DNA of 64,000 nt from the NCBI RefSeq assembly GCF_006345805.1, contig NC_043011.1, forward strand, positions 9,424,001 through 9,488,000. Reading direction: 5' to 3'. Below the pieces are notes generated by a model that worked only from the letters and a program-made list of their open reading frames with translations, was not told the origin of the DNA and ran no database searches. The translations under genes and the position numbers were made by a program. This stretch comes from Octopus sinensis (lineage: Eukaryota). Below are positions 53,168-64,000 of this stretch, in pieces (the stretch's first letter is position 1; each line of letters starts with the position of its first letter).

Positions 53168-53715
53168 CATCATCATCATCATCATCATCATCATCGTTTA
53201 ACGTCCGCTTTCCTTGCTAGCATGGGTTGGACGATTTTGACTGAGGGCTGGCAAACCAGACGGCTGCACCAGGCTCCAATCTTGATCTGGTAGAGTTTCT
53301 ATAGCTGGACGCCCTTCCTAACGCCAACCACTCCGAGAGTGTAGTGGGTGCTTTTTATGTGCCACCAGCATGGGGCCAGTCAGGCGGTACTGGCAATGAC
53401 CTCGCTCGAATGTTTTTACACATGCTACCGGCACAGGCGCCAGTAAGGCGACGTTGGTAACAATCACGCTCAAATGGTGCCCTTTTACGTGTCACCGGCA
53501 TGGAAGCCAGTTGGCTGCTCTGGCAACAATCACGCTTGAATGGTGCTCTTGGCACCCTACTAGCATGGGGCTTGAGTGCCAGTAAGGGGATGCTGGTAAT
53601 GATCACACTCGAATGGTGCCCTTTTATGTTCCACTGGCTGGTTAGCCGCTCTGTCAACGATCACCCTCGTATGGTGCTCTTTGCACCATACGGATGCCAG
53701 TCGTCGAATTTGATT
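53168..53715 (-). mobile_element. RTE-related SINE, long form
   Basis: (cat)n cgtttaacgtccgctttcc..cccttcctaacgccaaccactccgagagtgtagtgggtgc plus several modules. Confidence 0.87.
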
Positions 53716-54109
53716 CTTTTGTCTTTAAATATTAATAAACAAAGCAAACAAAAACTTTAAAAATTAGTAAATGATATTGTTGACAAAATTATTCTGTAAA
53801 TTTGTAAAGAGATATTGTGTGCGCACATGTGTGCATGCGTGTGTGTGAGTGCACGTGCGTATTCTTGTGATCTTCACTTTTCCATGCTTGCATGGATTGG
53901 ACAGAGTTTGTTGAGGCATATTTTCTATGGCTGGACACCTTTCCTGTTACCAACCGTCTCCTTTTCCCAAGCAAGATAATATTTCCTTGTGGCCAGACAT
54001 GTTTTTGCAGAATATTGGAAATGAATGACACTGCTTGTATGACGGTGATACTCATTTACATCTCTCATGCAATATCAAGACAAGGGGGCACAAGCATATA
54101 CACACACAT

Positions 54110-54275
54110 ATATATATATGATGGGCTTCTTTCAGTTTCTCTCTATCAAATCTCATTACAAGGCTTTGGTTGGCCTTGAGCTATAGTAGACACCTGCTCA
54201 AGGTGCTACGGAGTGGGACTGAACTTAGAACCATGTAGTTGGGAAGTAAACATCTTACCACACAGCCATTACTCT
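54110..54275 (-). mobile_element. CORE-like tRNA SINE 5' fragment
   Basis: ..gagtgggactgaac.tagaaccatgtagttgggaagtaaacatcttaccacacagcca is the reverse of the 9788 head. Confidence 0.7.
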
Positions 54276-55709
54276 GCCTGTGCTCTCACATACATCCTAC
54301 CAGCATGTTCTGCCACATTTAACACCTTCATTAGCAAGATTCTAACAATAGTAAAAATAATTGTGTAGAATTTGAAATTAGACAATTAATTCTGTGGAGT
54401 TAATAACAATGTTATGCCCTGGTCAATTAAGGAATGAAGTAATTTAGTTGGTACTTCCACTGGCCCTTCCTACTGGTCCTCAACAAAAATGATACAACCC
54501 TATTAACAGACATTTGTACATTACTGCATATACTCTATACACACTTTCTGACAAGTTGTGGTGCACCTGAGCACTGTATACTATAATTTCATTATTATAT
54601 TATTATTATAACTCAGCCTAAAGGATTCGATAGTTTAGTCTAGTGTGAAGCTTTGTATTACCTTAATGGCTAAACAAAGTAAATAATAATTCCTTATACT
54701 AAAGGGTACAAGGCCTGAAATTTCTGGGAAGGGGCTAGTCAATTATGTTGGCCCTAGTGATCAACTCCTACTTGTTTTATCACCCCTGAAGGGATGAAAA
54801 GTAAGACTGACTTCAACAATATTTGAACTCAGAAAGTGAAGACAAACAAAATACCAGCATGCTAATGACTCGGCCAGCTTTGTTGTCTTAAAAGTAGTAG
54901 TAGTAGTAGCAGCAGCAGCAGCTGTAGTAGTAAATAGGTCAGTTTGTGAAAAATTGGATGCAACACTTTAGACAAATTGTAGAAGCATGTGTTATTTGTC
55001 TGAAAGCTGTAAAGGAAACTAGTAAAAGAAAAATTTTGAGGGATTTCAACAATGCACAGACCAACTATCATTGTACTTTCATCCATTTGGAAAGAAGAAG
55101 AAGAAGAAGGGACTGGCATCGTGTAATGGGTTCATTTCAGTGTAATTGTATTGGAGTTATTTAAGTGAGGTCAGTTTCTCACACAAACAATGGATTCAAA
55201 TTTAGGAAAATATTAAGTTAATAAAATAAACTTATGGCTAAACCAATAATGCTATTATGTAACGGCAGGGATGTTATGTTAAACTGCTAATATCGACACA
55301 TCAGTAGCAATAAGAAACAGCTCTGTGCACACAGTTTATACAATAGCGTCAGTTGTTTGATAATAATCTATATTCTGACAAAGAAAATAAAGCAAAATCC
55401 ATTAGCTTAATAAATCTGTCTATATATGATTGATGAGGTAGTTTTAGGGGGTCGGTTTTCCCATAAAACATCATTACAGATATAACAGTTTGAAGACATC
55501 TTCAGTTTTCTTTGGAGAAAATGGTAAATAGGCATGAAGTCAGCTGAATTAGTTACTGAGTTGGTTTGTTGATATTCTGAGTTCAAATCCTGAAAATGTT
55601 AACCGTGATCTTTTATCTTTCTAAGCTCAAAACGATAGATACCAGTTGTATATTGGAGTAAATTCCTGAGACTGTATTGTTCTCACAATAATGATGGAAA
55701 TATAAATTG

Positions 55710-55820
55710 TAATTTAGAGATTGCGTTAGTCTTACTGGCAACACGATTCAAGTGTTACTGGTTTAAAACCAGTAACACTTGAATCGTGTTGCCAGTAAGA
55801 CTAATGCAATCTCTAAATTA
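55710..55820. repeat. Near-perfect 111-bp palindrome (55-bp arms, 1-nt centre, 1 mismatch)
   Basis: taatttagagattgcgttagtcttactggcaacacgattcaagtgttactggttt-a-aaaccagtaacacttgaatcgtgttgccagtaagactaatgcaatctctaaatta. Confidence 0.95.
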
Positions 55821-58272
55821 TTCCTGTAATTTTGGTTATTTTGCAAGGTTCAGTGTTTCTACATTTTAAAAGAAGTGGAGAAGTTTGATAATGGTTAGGA
55901 GATTTAGCTGCTATTTTTAGAACATTGATCAACTACATAGAGGCTCTGTCATTTATTATTAGCAATTTGTATAACTTACACAGTTGTAGCCACACACCAA
56001 ACTGAAGTTGTCCTAAAGTATTATCCTGTAAAGGACAACCAGTATACCATGGGGCATACAACACTGAGAGGAATAATGCTGGATATACAGGGCAGACGCA
56101 CAACAGCAGATATTCAAAACCAGGGGCAGCTCAGTACTGCAGCACCCCTTATTTCCACTCGATATTATCAATAACATTCAATATAACGAGTCCTTTTTTT
56201 TCTTTAATTCTTTCTTTATACTTCTACATTATACAATCTTTAAGCTTAATGTCAGTAGCCATCCACTAGTTTATGAAATAAAATACAAAAACCCTTCTAT
56301 AGAACTGTGTGCTTCTCAGTTCCAGTGACGTGGTGTTTGGTTGTTGTGTGCATGCTCACATGTCCGAGATAGGAAGCTTCACATTAAGGAGAGAGAGAAA
56401 GAGACAATACTGTGTGGAACGACAGTGCCGGCCCTAGTGTTCCAGTGAAAGGAAATGTTTCTTTTGGACTCAGCGTGTGTTGTGCTTAAAAACGTGTTTA
56501 TATTCTTGAATGTGATAAAGTGTAGGATTAGATTATTATCCTGCTTCCAGCTTCAGTGTTGCTCCCAAGATTTGAAAATTAGGGCACAGTTCCCCATTTT
56601 ATTTTGTGATTTAGGGAGGACTTTTGAAAAACAAGGGGGAATTTATGGCAGTGTTCAGTGAACAAATTAAACACACTTCTCGGCAATGGCTAAAACGTGA
56701 ATTGATCAAGTCTATGTATAAATTTTCTTTTAATCTGTTTGTTTCCTTTTACGCAATATTAAAACAATGGCTGAAAATTTTCTGAAGCAGGACCCCAACT
56801 AATTTTATCTATGAGCTGCCACTGTTCAAGACACAGACAAGTATAACATGATGCTTTCCCTAAACTCCTTTCCTACAATTTAGTTCATCAATACTTTTAC
56901 ATTTGTTTTTTCCTATACTGCTATGGTTTGGATCGATCAACATGGTCTGAGTCAGTTCTTATCAGGAGTACCTGCTCTTCAAGCTGGAATATAGACCCAC
57001 ATCTCAGTTTTCAGCATGCTTTCTATAGCTGAAAGCCCTTCTCAACATTAACCACCCTACAGGGTGTACTGAGTGTATTTTATCGTTGTACCTGCACCAA
57101 AGGGGTTATTTTATCATTAGAAAAACAAAAGAGTCCTCGAATGTAATTAAGATTAAGAAGTCTTTGCCTTAACCAATTACAACTTCCCTAAACAAAAGTT
57201 AGCATGTACGAGGCTTGATTTAATGAGAAATTCCATAATTTAATCTTTTAGTGAGAGTGGGAGGTAGGGTCCATGATCTTTCCAGGGCCTCTGAAGGTAG
57301 TGGGAGAGAGATAACTATGTATTCTTAAATTGGATGGTTGGCCTGAATGCTTGCAACCAAGCATCTTCCTTCAAAGCTATCCAAGGACCTGATGTGAAAC
57401 AGAGTGGCACCTCATGTCTACCACTGAGGTAAGGCATGAGAAGATTTGAACTCAAAATGAAAAGGGCTGAAACAAATACAAGGGTTTCAGTTCAATCTCC
57501 TTGCAGTTCTGCAAGTACCAACCAATCTACCAGCATCAGGATTGGTCGGTACCTTATTAACCTTGGGGCAAAGTTGACCTTGGTAGAATTTAACTTAGAT
57601 GGCACCTATTAAGATTAAAGGTCATGTTATATAGAAAAGTACATTGAAGTACAACAGGTTTAAGCCTTACTAATAAACCAATTGTATTGTGCCGTCTTGT
57701 GAACATGGCATATAACTTTAATTGCCTCAGTTTGTGTGGATGACAAACCAACTTCTACTCTGTACTGTTAGGTTTATTACTAAAATGACTACATTAGCTG
57801 TTAAAGAACAAATTAATGCAACACATAAAAAAGATGATTCTAAAAATCTATGTTAGCATATAAAAGGCTTGTTGTATGTTAATCTGCAAAATATTCAACC
57901 ATATCCAGTTCTTTTATGTTAGCATAAAGAAATAACTATCACCAGAAATACGGGGAGGATAATGAAAAGAGAATTGAAATAAAGAGGGAGTCTTGGAGTC
58001 TATTTTGAGTTACACTTTGAACTTTTGAATGTTATGCTATTAATTGTAAATTTAATAAAGCGGCAATCTTTCAAACTTGTTTTTCATTTTACAAACATGA
58101 ATAAATGAACAAACTTCAGTTTGGTTCCAAGAAATAAAAAATTTTGATGCCTAAAATTCTTTCATCAATATTTCTTTAGTGAAACTAGAATTCAATCAAA
58201 TGAAGGATCTTGATATAAATTACTGATTACTAAGTTTGCCTTAGATGAACATATATGTATGTGTATATATAT

Positions 58273-58310
<38 letters not shown>

Positions 58311-59063
58311 ATCAATAATAATAAAGGGTAAAATTAATTAATTAATTAATAATTAATAATTCCACCAAGTAGTATTCGGCATGTTAAAAGGACCATTTTC
58401 GGTAAACTTAAACAATATTTTTTTATAATTATGAGTATAATAATAATTAAGGTTCAGCAAAAAATTTGCTTAACCACATACCGAACTTTAGAAATAGCAG
58501 CCAAAAAACTTAGCTATTTCTTCTACTATAAGAAGCAACTCCTAGATAACAAATACTCAAAACAACCCACGTAGGCATACACACACACACACACACACAC
58601 ATTGATTCTTAAACTTGCCTCAAATGATGGGTCATCTTATATATATTGACACAATTACTGTATATTAAGGTTATCTCCATAACCAGTGGTGGAGTGGGAT
58701 ACACATTTGATATTTAACGATGTAAAAAGAAAAATGCTACAGCCATCACTCAAGAGTGAGTGTGACTATAGCAGGTACCTATATAGTGGCAAGCTCTCGT
58801 AGGTACCTGTTTGGTTCAGCCAGTCTTGCCTCAGAGGAACATTGAAGGTGTAACAGTTGCAGGGAGGTGAGGAGGCTGCAATATTACTAGACTGGTATTC
58901 ATTCCTTCTGAGTAAATTGGAACAACTGAGTATCAAACACATTGCTCAAGGACACAATGTACCACTCAATCCAGGAATTGAACCAAGAACCTTATGACTA
59001 TGAGCTGAACACCCCAGCCAATGGGCCACCTACCTTCACAGAACTATCAATATTATTACTATA

Positions 59064-59447
59064 TCCCTATATATATAAAGCTGAAGTTGTCTGTGTGTGG
59101 CAGGTTTGGTAGCCTTCAACTAACACTATCTCCTCCGAGACCCTGTGGTGCAAGTTGACCAAAATTGATAGAAGAAGGCTTGTTCTTCCTTTCGTAGAAT
59201 AAAAAATTCAAATTGGGCCATGTTAGCACCAAAAATTATTTACATCAAAAAGGTGCTTTTTTTCTCTGAAAATCCCTATTTTTTACGAGTTTTTGACTGC
59301 TGTGTCGCCATTTTCCGGTGTATTTCAACCAGAAAAATGTTCACTTAAAGAGAATAAGAAGCTACATAATGCAAAATTTTTACTTTTCAAAAATTCCAAT
59401 TCTAAAGGGTCGAAACAAACCCGAGCAACGCCGGGCGATACTGCTAG
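59064..59447 (+). mobile_element. Non-autonomous Helitron
   Basis: 5' TC(cctatatatataaa) after an A, subterminal hairpin cccg-a-gc-aac-gc-cggg (59420-59435), 3' CTAG followed by T, and no TSD. Confidence 0.8.
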
Positions 59448-60611
59448 TCTTAATTAAAGTTGTTCAGTAAATGAAGAACTATACTAACTACAGTATCTTA
59501 TAGAACATCTTGAGATAATTTCTTTGGTGTAAGATGGCTTAGTCTTATTTTCCATTACTACATGCCTCCTCCTCCCCTTCCTCACTGTAACATAACCACT
59601 GCCACCACCACCACCACCACCACTATCATCTGCTCTACAACTATGGCATCCTCCTTAGAGCATTGTGTGTTCCACCTTTCCAATTTACATTGTCAAATTA
59701 GTGACCTGCAACAGACATTGATACAGACAAGGGGAGAAATGTGAGCAGAGTAGTTCTCCACTCCAATACTGACCATCACAACAGGTTCAGACAACAGTGT
59801 TGGTTGTAGTACCTAGGGTAGGGAATACTATTATTAGTGTAAAGGAACACTTGCAGTAGTGTAAAGAATAAAATGGCATAGTGCATATACTAGAGTACAT
59901 GATAGAGTACACAGTATTACAGATAAAAAGTACTGAACACTGCATATGGTATCTAGGGAGTACCTAGTATTAGAGATCCTGGTAGATAGAGTACACAATG
60001 GAGTTCATGATAGCACAGCTGGCAGATTATAGAGAGTATCACAGGTAATAAAGCAGTTCACAATGTTATTAATGATATTAGAGTACATAACATTACAATA
60101 TTAGAGATGAACTAATTTTGGGACCATTTCTCCCATTTAGTGCGATATCTCCTTGTTCTTAGTGATTTCATTAAATGAGGGGTCACTTTGTCTATCATTA
60201 GAGGCCTATCCCTATTTAGTGGGATCTTGAGGGTCTCATTTCTTGCTAGGACAAGGAACCTGGTGATAGGATGAAAGGCTGACTTCAGTGAGATTTGAAC
60301 TTAGAGTGCAGAGACTTGCAACAATCACTGCAAATTATCCAAGCGAATGTTCAAGCATCTCCGCTCACATTTCCCCGTCTTTTATGTTCTGAAGACAATA
60401 AGGAATATTTGACAATTAATTTTTTTCAACTTTGACTGACTTTTAAGTTTCCTGATTAAATTGAAGTTTATGACATTAATGATAAATGGTTTGAGTTAAT
60501 TACTGGAGACTTGATTTGGTAATTAACTGAATCCCTGCTTAATTAATTAGTAATAAGCTGTGACAAGCTCAGACTATCAGTTTCATCTTCATAAACAATG
60601 TATAAATCCCA

Positions 60612-60780
60612 GACACACATATGCAGCCAATTTCCCATGCACACATACACATGCAGCTACCCCCTTCTGCACACACATACACATGCAGCTACCCCCTTCT
60701 GCACACACACACACACAGTCACACCCTATTATACACACATTCAAGCACATAACCACTTGCTTCTACACACACATACACGC
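60612..60780. repeat. ~33-bp minisatellite (cacacatacacatgcagctacccccttctgca)
   Basis: Two near-identical units and several degenerate units. Confidence 0.75.
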
Positions 60781-61035
60781 AACCACTCCCTATCATTCCT
60801 ATCACTCATCCATCAGATGTCCGTCAATCAACCAGGTCATGCTTAACCTGTTGCTTCGTTAGCTTCTGTTCCATTAATCTTCAATTTAAATATATTTCAC
60901 TTCTAGATACAAAGATGACATTTTGTGTCAGCAGATGGACATAATTTGATGACTGACATCAATTCACTAATTACTGGATTATATAGTTTAATTGATTCTG
61001 TGATTTGAGCACCAGACATTACTGTCTTTATTCTT

Positions 61036-61069
<34 letters not shown>

Positions 61070-61073
61070 TATA

Positions 61074-61304
61074 TTTCTTTACTACCCACAAGGAGCTAAC
61101 CACAGAGGGGATAAACAAGGATAGACAAACAGATTAAGTCGATTACATCGACCCAGTGCATAACTGGTACTTTATTTATCGACCCTGAAAGGATGAAAGG
61201 CAAAGTCGACCTCAGTGGAATTTGAACTCAGAATGTAGCGGTAGACGAAATGCCGCTAAGCATTTCGCCCAGCGCACTAACGTTTCTGCCAGCTCGCCGC
61301 CTTG
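61074..61304 (-). mobile_element. Meta-like tRNA SINE, full length with TSD
   Basis: ggcggcgagctggcagaaacgttagtgcgc..gagttcaaattcc..gactttgcctttcatcctttcaggg. Flanked by acacacacactata at 61060-61073 and 61307-61320. Confidence 0.88.
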
Positions 61305-61809
61305 ACACACACACACTATAGTCTAAGACAGAACCAGGACATAAACTGAAGCTCAACTCTGCTGGAAGTTGAACTTGGAATTGTGGGGTACCAGAATATA
61401 AATCCAGCATTTTAAACTGACTTGCTGCTCTGCTCTGTCATTTGCACTCCACCACCAACACTACCACCACCACCAACATTACCACCACCACCACCACCAC
61501 CAACACTACCACCACCACCACCACCACCATCACATGAATATTCCAGTCCATATTTAATCTGCAGGTTTCATTCACAGGGGTGATTTGGTTTAACATTCTA
61601 TGATTGTGATACCAACAGATATTTCTTACCATTTTAGCAAACATTAGAGTTAAAACAGGTCCAACTACAAATAAACATTTTGGACATGGGGACAGCATTG
61701 TCTCCTTATCTTTTCAAGACATATTGATATGATTTGAGGGATATTTGGATGTTATTTCAAGCGAATCATTGAGAATTCTTCATTGTTTAGTGTTGTTATT
61801 GTTTTATTA

Positions 61810-62290
61810 TGAAGCCAGAATCATTACCATGTCAGACAAAAAGGTTAGCAATATTTTGCCCATCTTGACATTCTGAGTTCAAATTCTGGTGAGGTTAATT
61901 TTGTCCTCTATCCTTTTGGGGAGGATAAAATAAGCACCAGGGGTTAATATAACTGACTAACCCCCACCCCCCATCACCACTCAAATGCCAGACCTTGTGC
62001 CTGTAGAACAAAGAATTATTGTTTTATTAGACCCCAGTCTTTGTGGATAATGCAGCTCATTACTGAATTAAAATAGGAGTTGGCAAAAACTGGTAAAATC
62101 ATTAAAGCATCAGATAAAATGCTTTTACGGCATTTGTTCAGATTCTTTATCTTGTAAAATCAATTACCACGGAGGTCAACTTGGTCTCTCATCCTTCTTG
62201 GATCTATAAAGTACCAGTCAAGTACTGGGGTCAATTTAATCAACTACTCCCCTTCACCAAATTTTGAACTTGTACCTTCTTTAGAAACTA
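61810..62290 (+). mobile_element. Two degraded Meta-like SINEs
   Basis: ctgagttcaaattctg..ggataaaataagcaccag and ggaggtcaac..aagtaccagtcaagtactggggtcaat. Confidence 0.6.
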
Positions 62291-62299
62291 TTATTATTG

Positions 62300-62339
<40 letters not shown>

Positions 62340-64000
62340 CATCATTATCATTATTATGGTTAGTCTCTTCTGGAGGATTTTCAGGCCAGGGATTAGAGCA
62401 GATAATTTCTGAATATATTCTACTCTGGCAGTACTATCAAGGGGCACTATTAGGGCAGGTAAACTCACCAGGCAGGGAAGTGCTGCTACTGGGGAGACTG
62501 GGTTGCATCCAAAGCTACAAAACAGGGCTGCATGCCCTCATGCAGTGTCCGAGTGTTGCTGAGTCGTAGAGTTATTATGAACAGCTGTTGTTGCATGTCT
62601 GATGGATCCAACAACCAGCTGAGTCCATCTTTATAATCAAGGTGATCAATAGGACTCCTTGATTGACTGTGATTAGAAGCTCCTCCTGTATCAGGAAGTC
62701 TGCATTAGCCCTGTATTCACATATTTTGTATACTGTGTTATATATTTCCATCTCATTTCTCCTCACTTGGTTTTATGCAACCCTACCGGCCAAACACACA
62801 CTGCTAGTAATTTTCTTGTACAGTGCCACCTCATCTGGGAATAGAATCAGTCTTTACAAACTCTACACCCACAGCAATATGCAATACGCTCCTCACTAGA
62901 AATCAATAATAATTACATGAACAGAATAAATAGATGTGATATTATCAAGTCCGAGATTGAATTAATTACCAGTTTTTAATTAAAATGTTCATAATGTGTT
63001 AAATCACAATTTTTGACAAATCTAATGAATATTAAATAAGTATTAATTATTGAGTAGATTTTAAAAATTTTGAAACAAGAAAAAAAAAAAATTAAATCTA
63101 TTTTGAAATTAGGTTTAACAATGAGGAAATATTTCTGATAAACCCAAGATTTTTGTAATAATTATTTCTATGTATATTTTGTAACTATTTGAACATGGAG
63201 GAAATATTCTAGAAACATTTTTATTGATAACTTTCTTTGGTAGACAAGAGTTAACTAGTTTGTTTCTTTAGAAAAAACCCCAAAACAACTGAAAACCCTG
63301 AAGGTCTAAGATGTAGTGGATGATTCTCTGACCATTATTTGCAGCTGCTTCAATTTGGTTCAAGTTCTGAAGAGATTACTCATGGTACTCCAAGATATTC
63401 CACATGATTTTAACTTGATACTCCATAATATTCACTCATTAACAGCAGCTTAAAACTTAACATTTTATGTCAGTTAATAATTAATGCACTTATAATGGGA
63501 GACGGGACTTGATTTGGGTCTAAATTACAGCAAATTGGTTCTCCAATTTGGAATGAGTGCATAGAAATCTTTTTAATTCGGTATTCATCATCATCATCAC
63601 CACCACTACCAACAACATCACTGTTGTCGTCACCACCTCCGCCGCTGCGACCATCATCACCATCAGAGAGACTGAGGCAGAAGATGGAGGAATTTAATGA
63701 GTGCAGTGAGATCAATGAAGGAAAGAGAGGCTGGAGGGTAGCAGGGAGGTAGAGGGAAGAGGGAAAGCATTCCAGAAGGGAAGAGAGGGGTAGGAAGAAA
63801 AGCTAGAGGGCACCCTAGAGACAGGAGGTGTTGGGTGGCGTAGTGGGAGGGAGTGTGCCGGTTGGTAATAGATTAGGATCAATATAACACATGAGAAGGT
63901 GGTGGCGGTGGGGCTGGGGAAGTGATGGAAGTTTTGGAAGGGTGTGAGTGTGAGGATAGAAAAGCGAGGTAGGAGATGAGTTTGATGGGGAACCCATACG

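Overview
AT-rich, repeat-dense animal genomic DNA. It is most likely a coleoid cephalopod (Octopus); this is inferred from the SINE families and microsatellite load and was not checked against a database. No prokaryotic features, CRISPR, rRNA or intact tRNA were found. The window lies inside one minus-strand gene, the MAGUK scaffold CASK/LIN-2. Five GT-AG, phase-compatible coding exons can be read by eye. They encode the end of the second L27 domain plus linker (51802-51993), most of the PDZ domain (50425-50503, 46603-46688) and, after a 33.5-kb intron, two adjacent paralogous-looking exons (12961-13056, 12807-12860) that both resemble the single exon that normally finishes the PDZ domain. The upstream L27 exons and the SH3/GK exons were not found and probably lie outside the window. 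The introns hold a CR1-like LINE in two opposite-strand pieces, two RTE-clade LINE 3' ends, a Penelope-like RT/GIY-YIG relic, a non-autonomous Helitron, several SINE families and long microsatellites. Best leads: (1) the duplicated and apparently subfunctionalised PDZ-terminal exon pair; (2) a minimal hammerhead ribozyme with a palindromic stem III (29861-29895); (3) head-to-tail concatemers whose ~330-bp monomer joins structured repeat modules to the 3' end of the RTE LINE seen at 43063-43102; (4) two near-perfect long hairpins close to CASK exons. Repeat boundaries are approximate. All alignments were done by eye, and novelty could not be verified.
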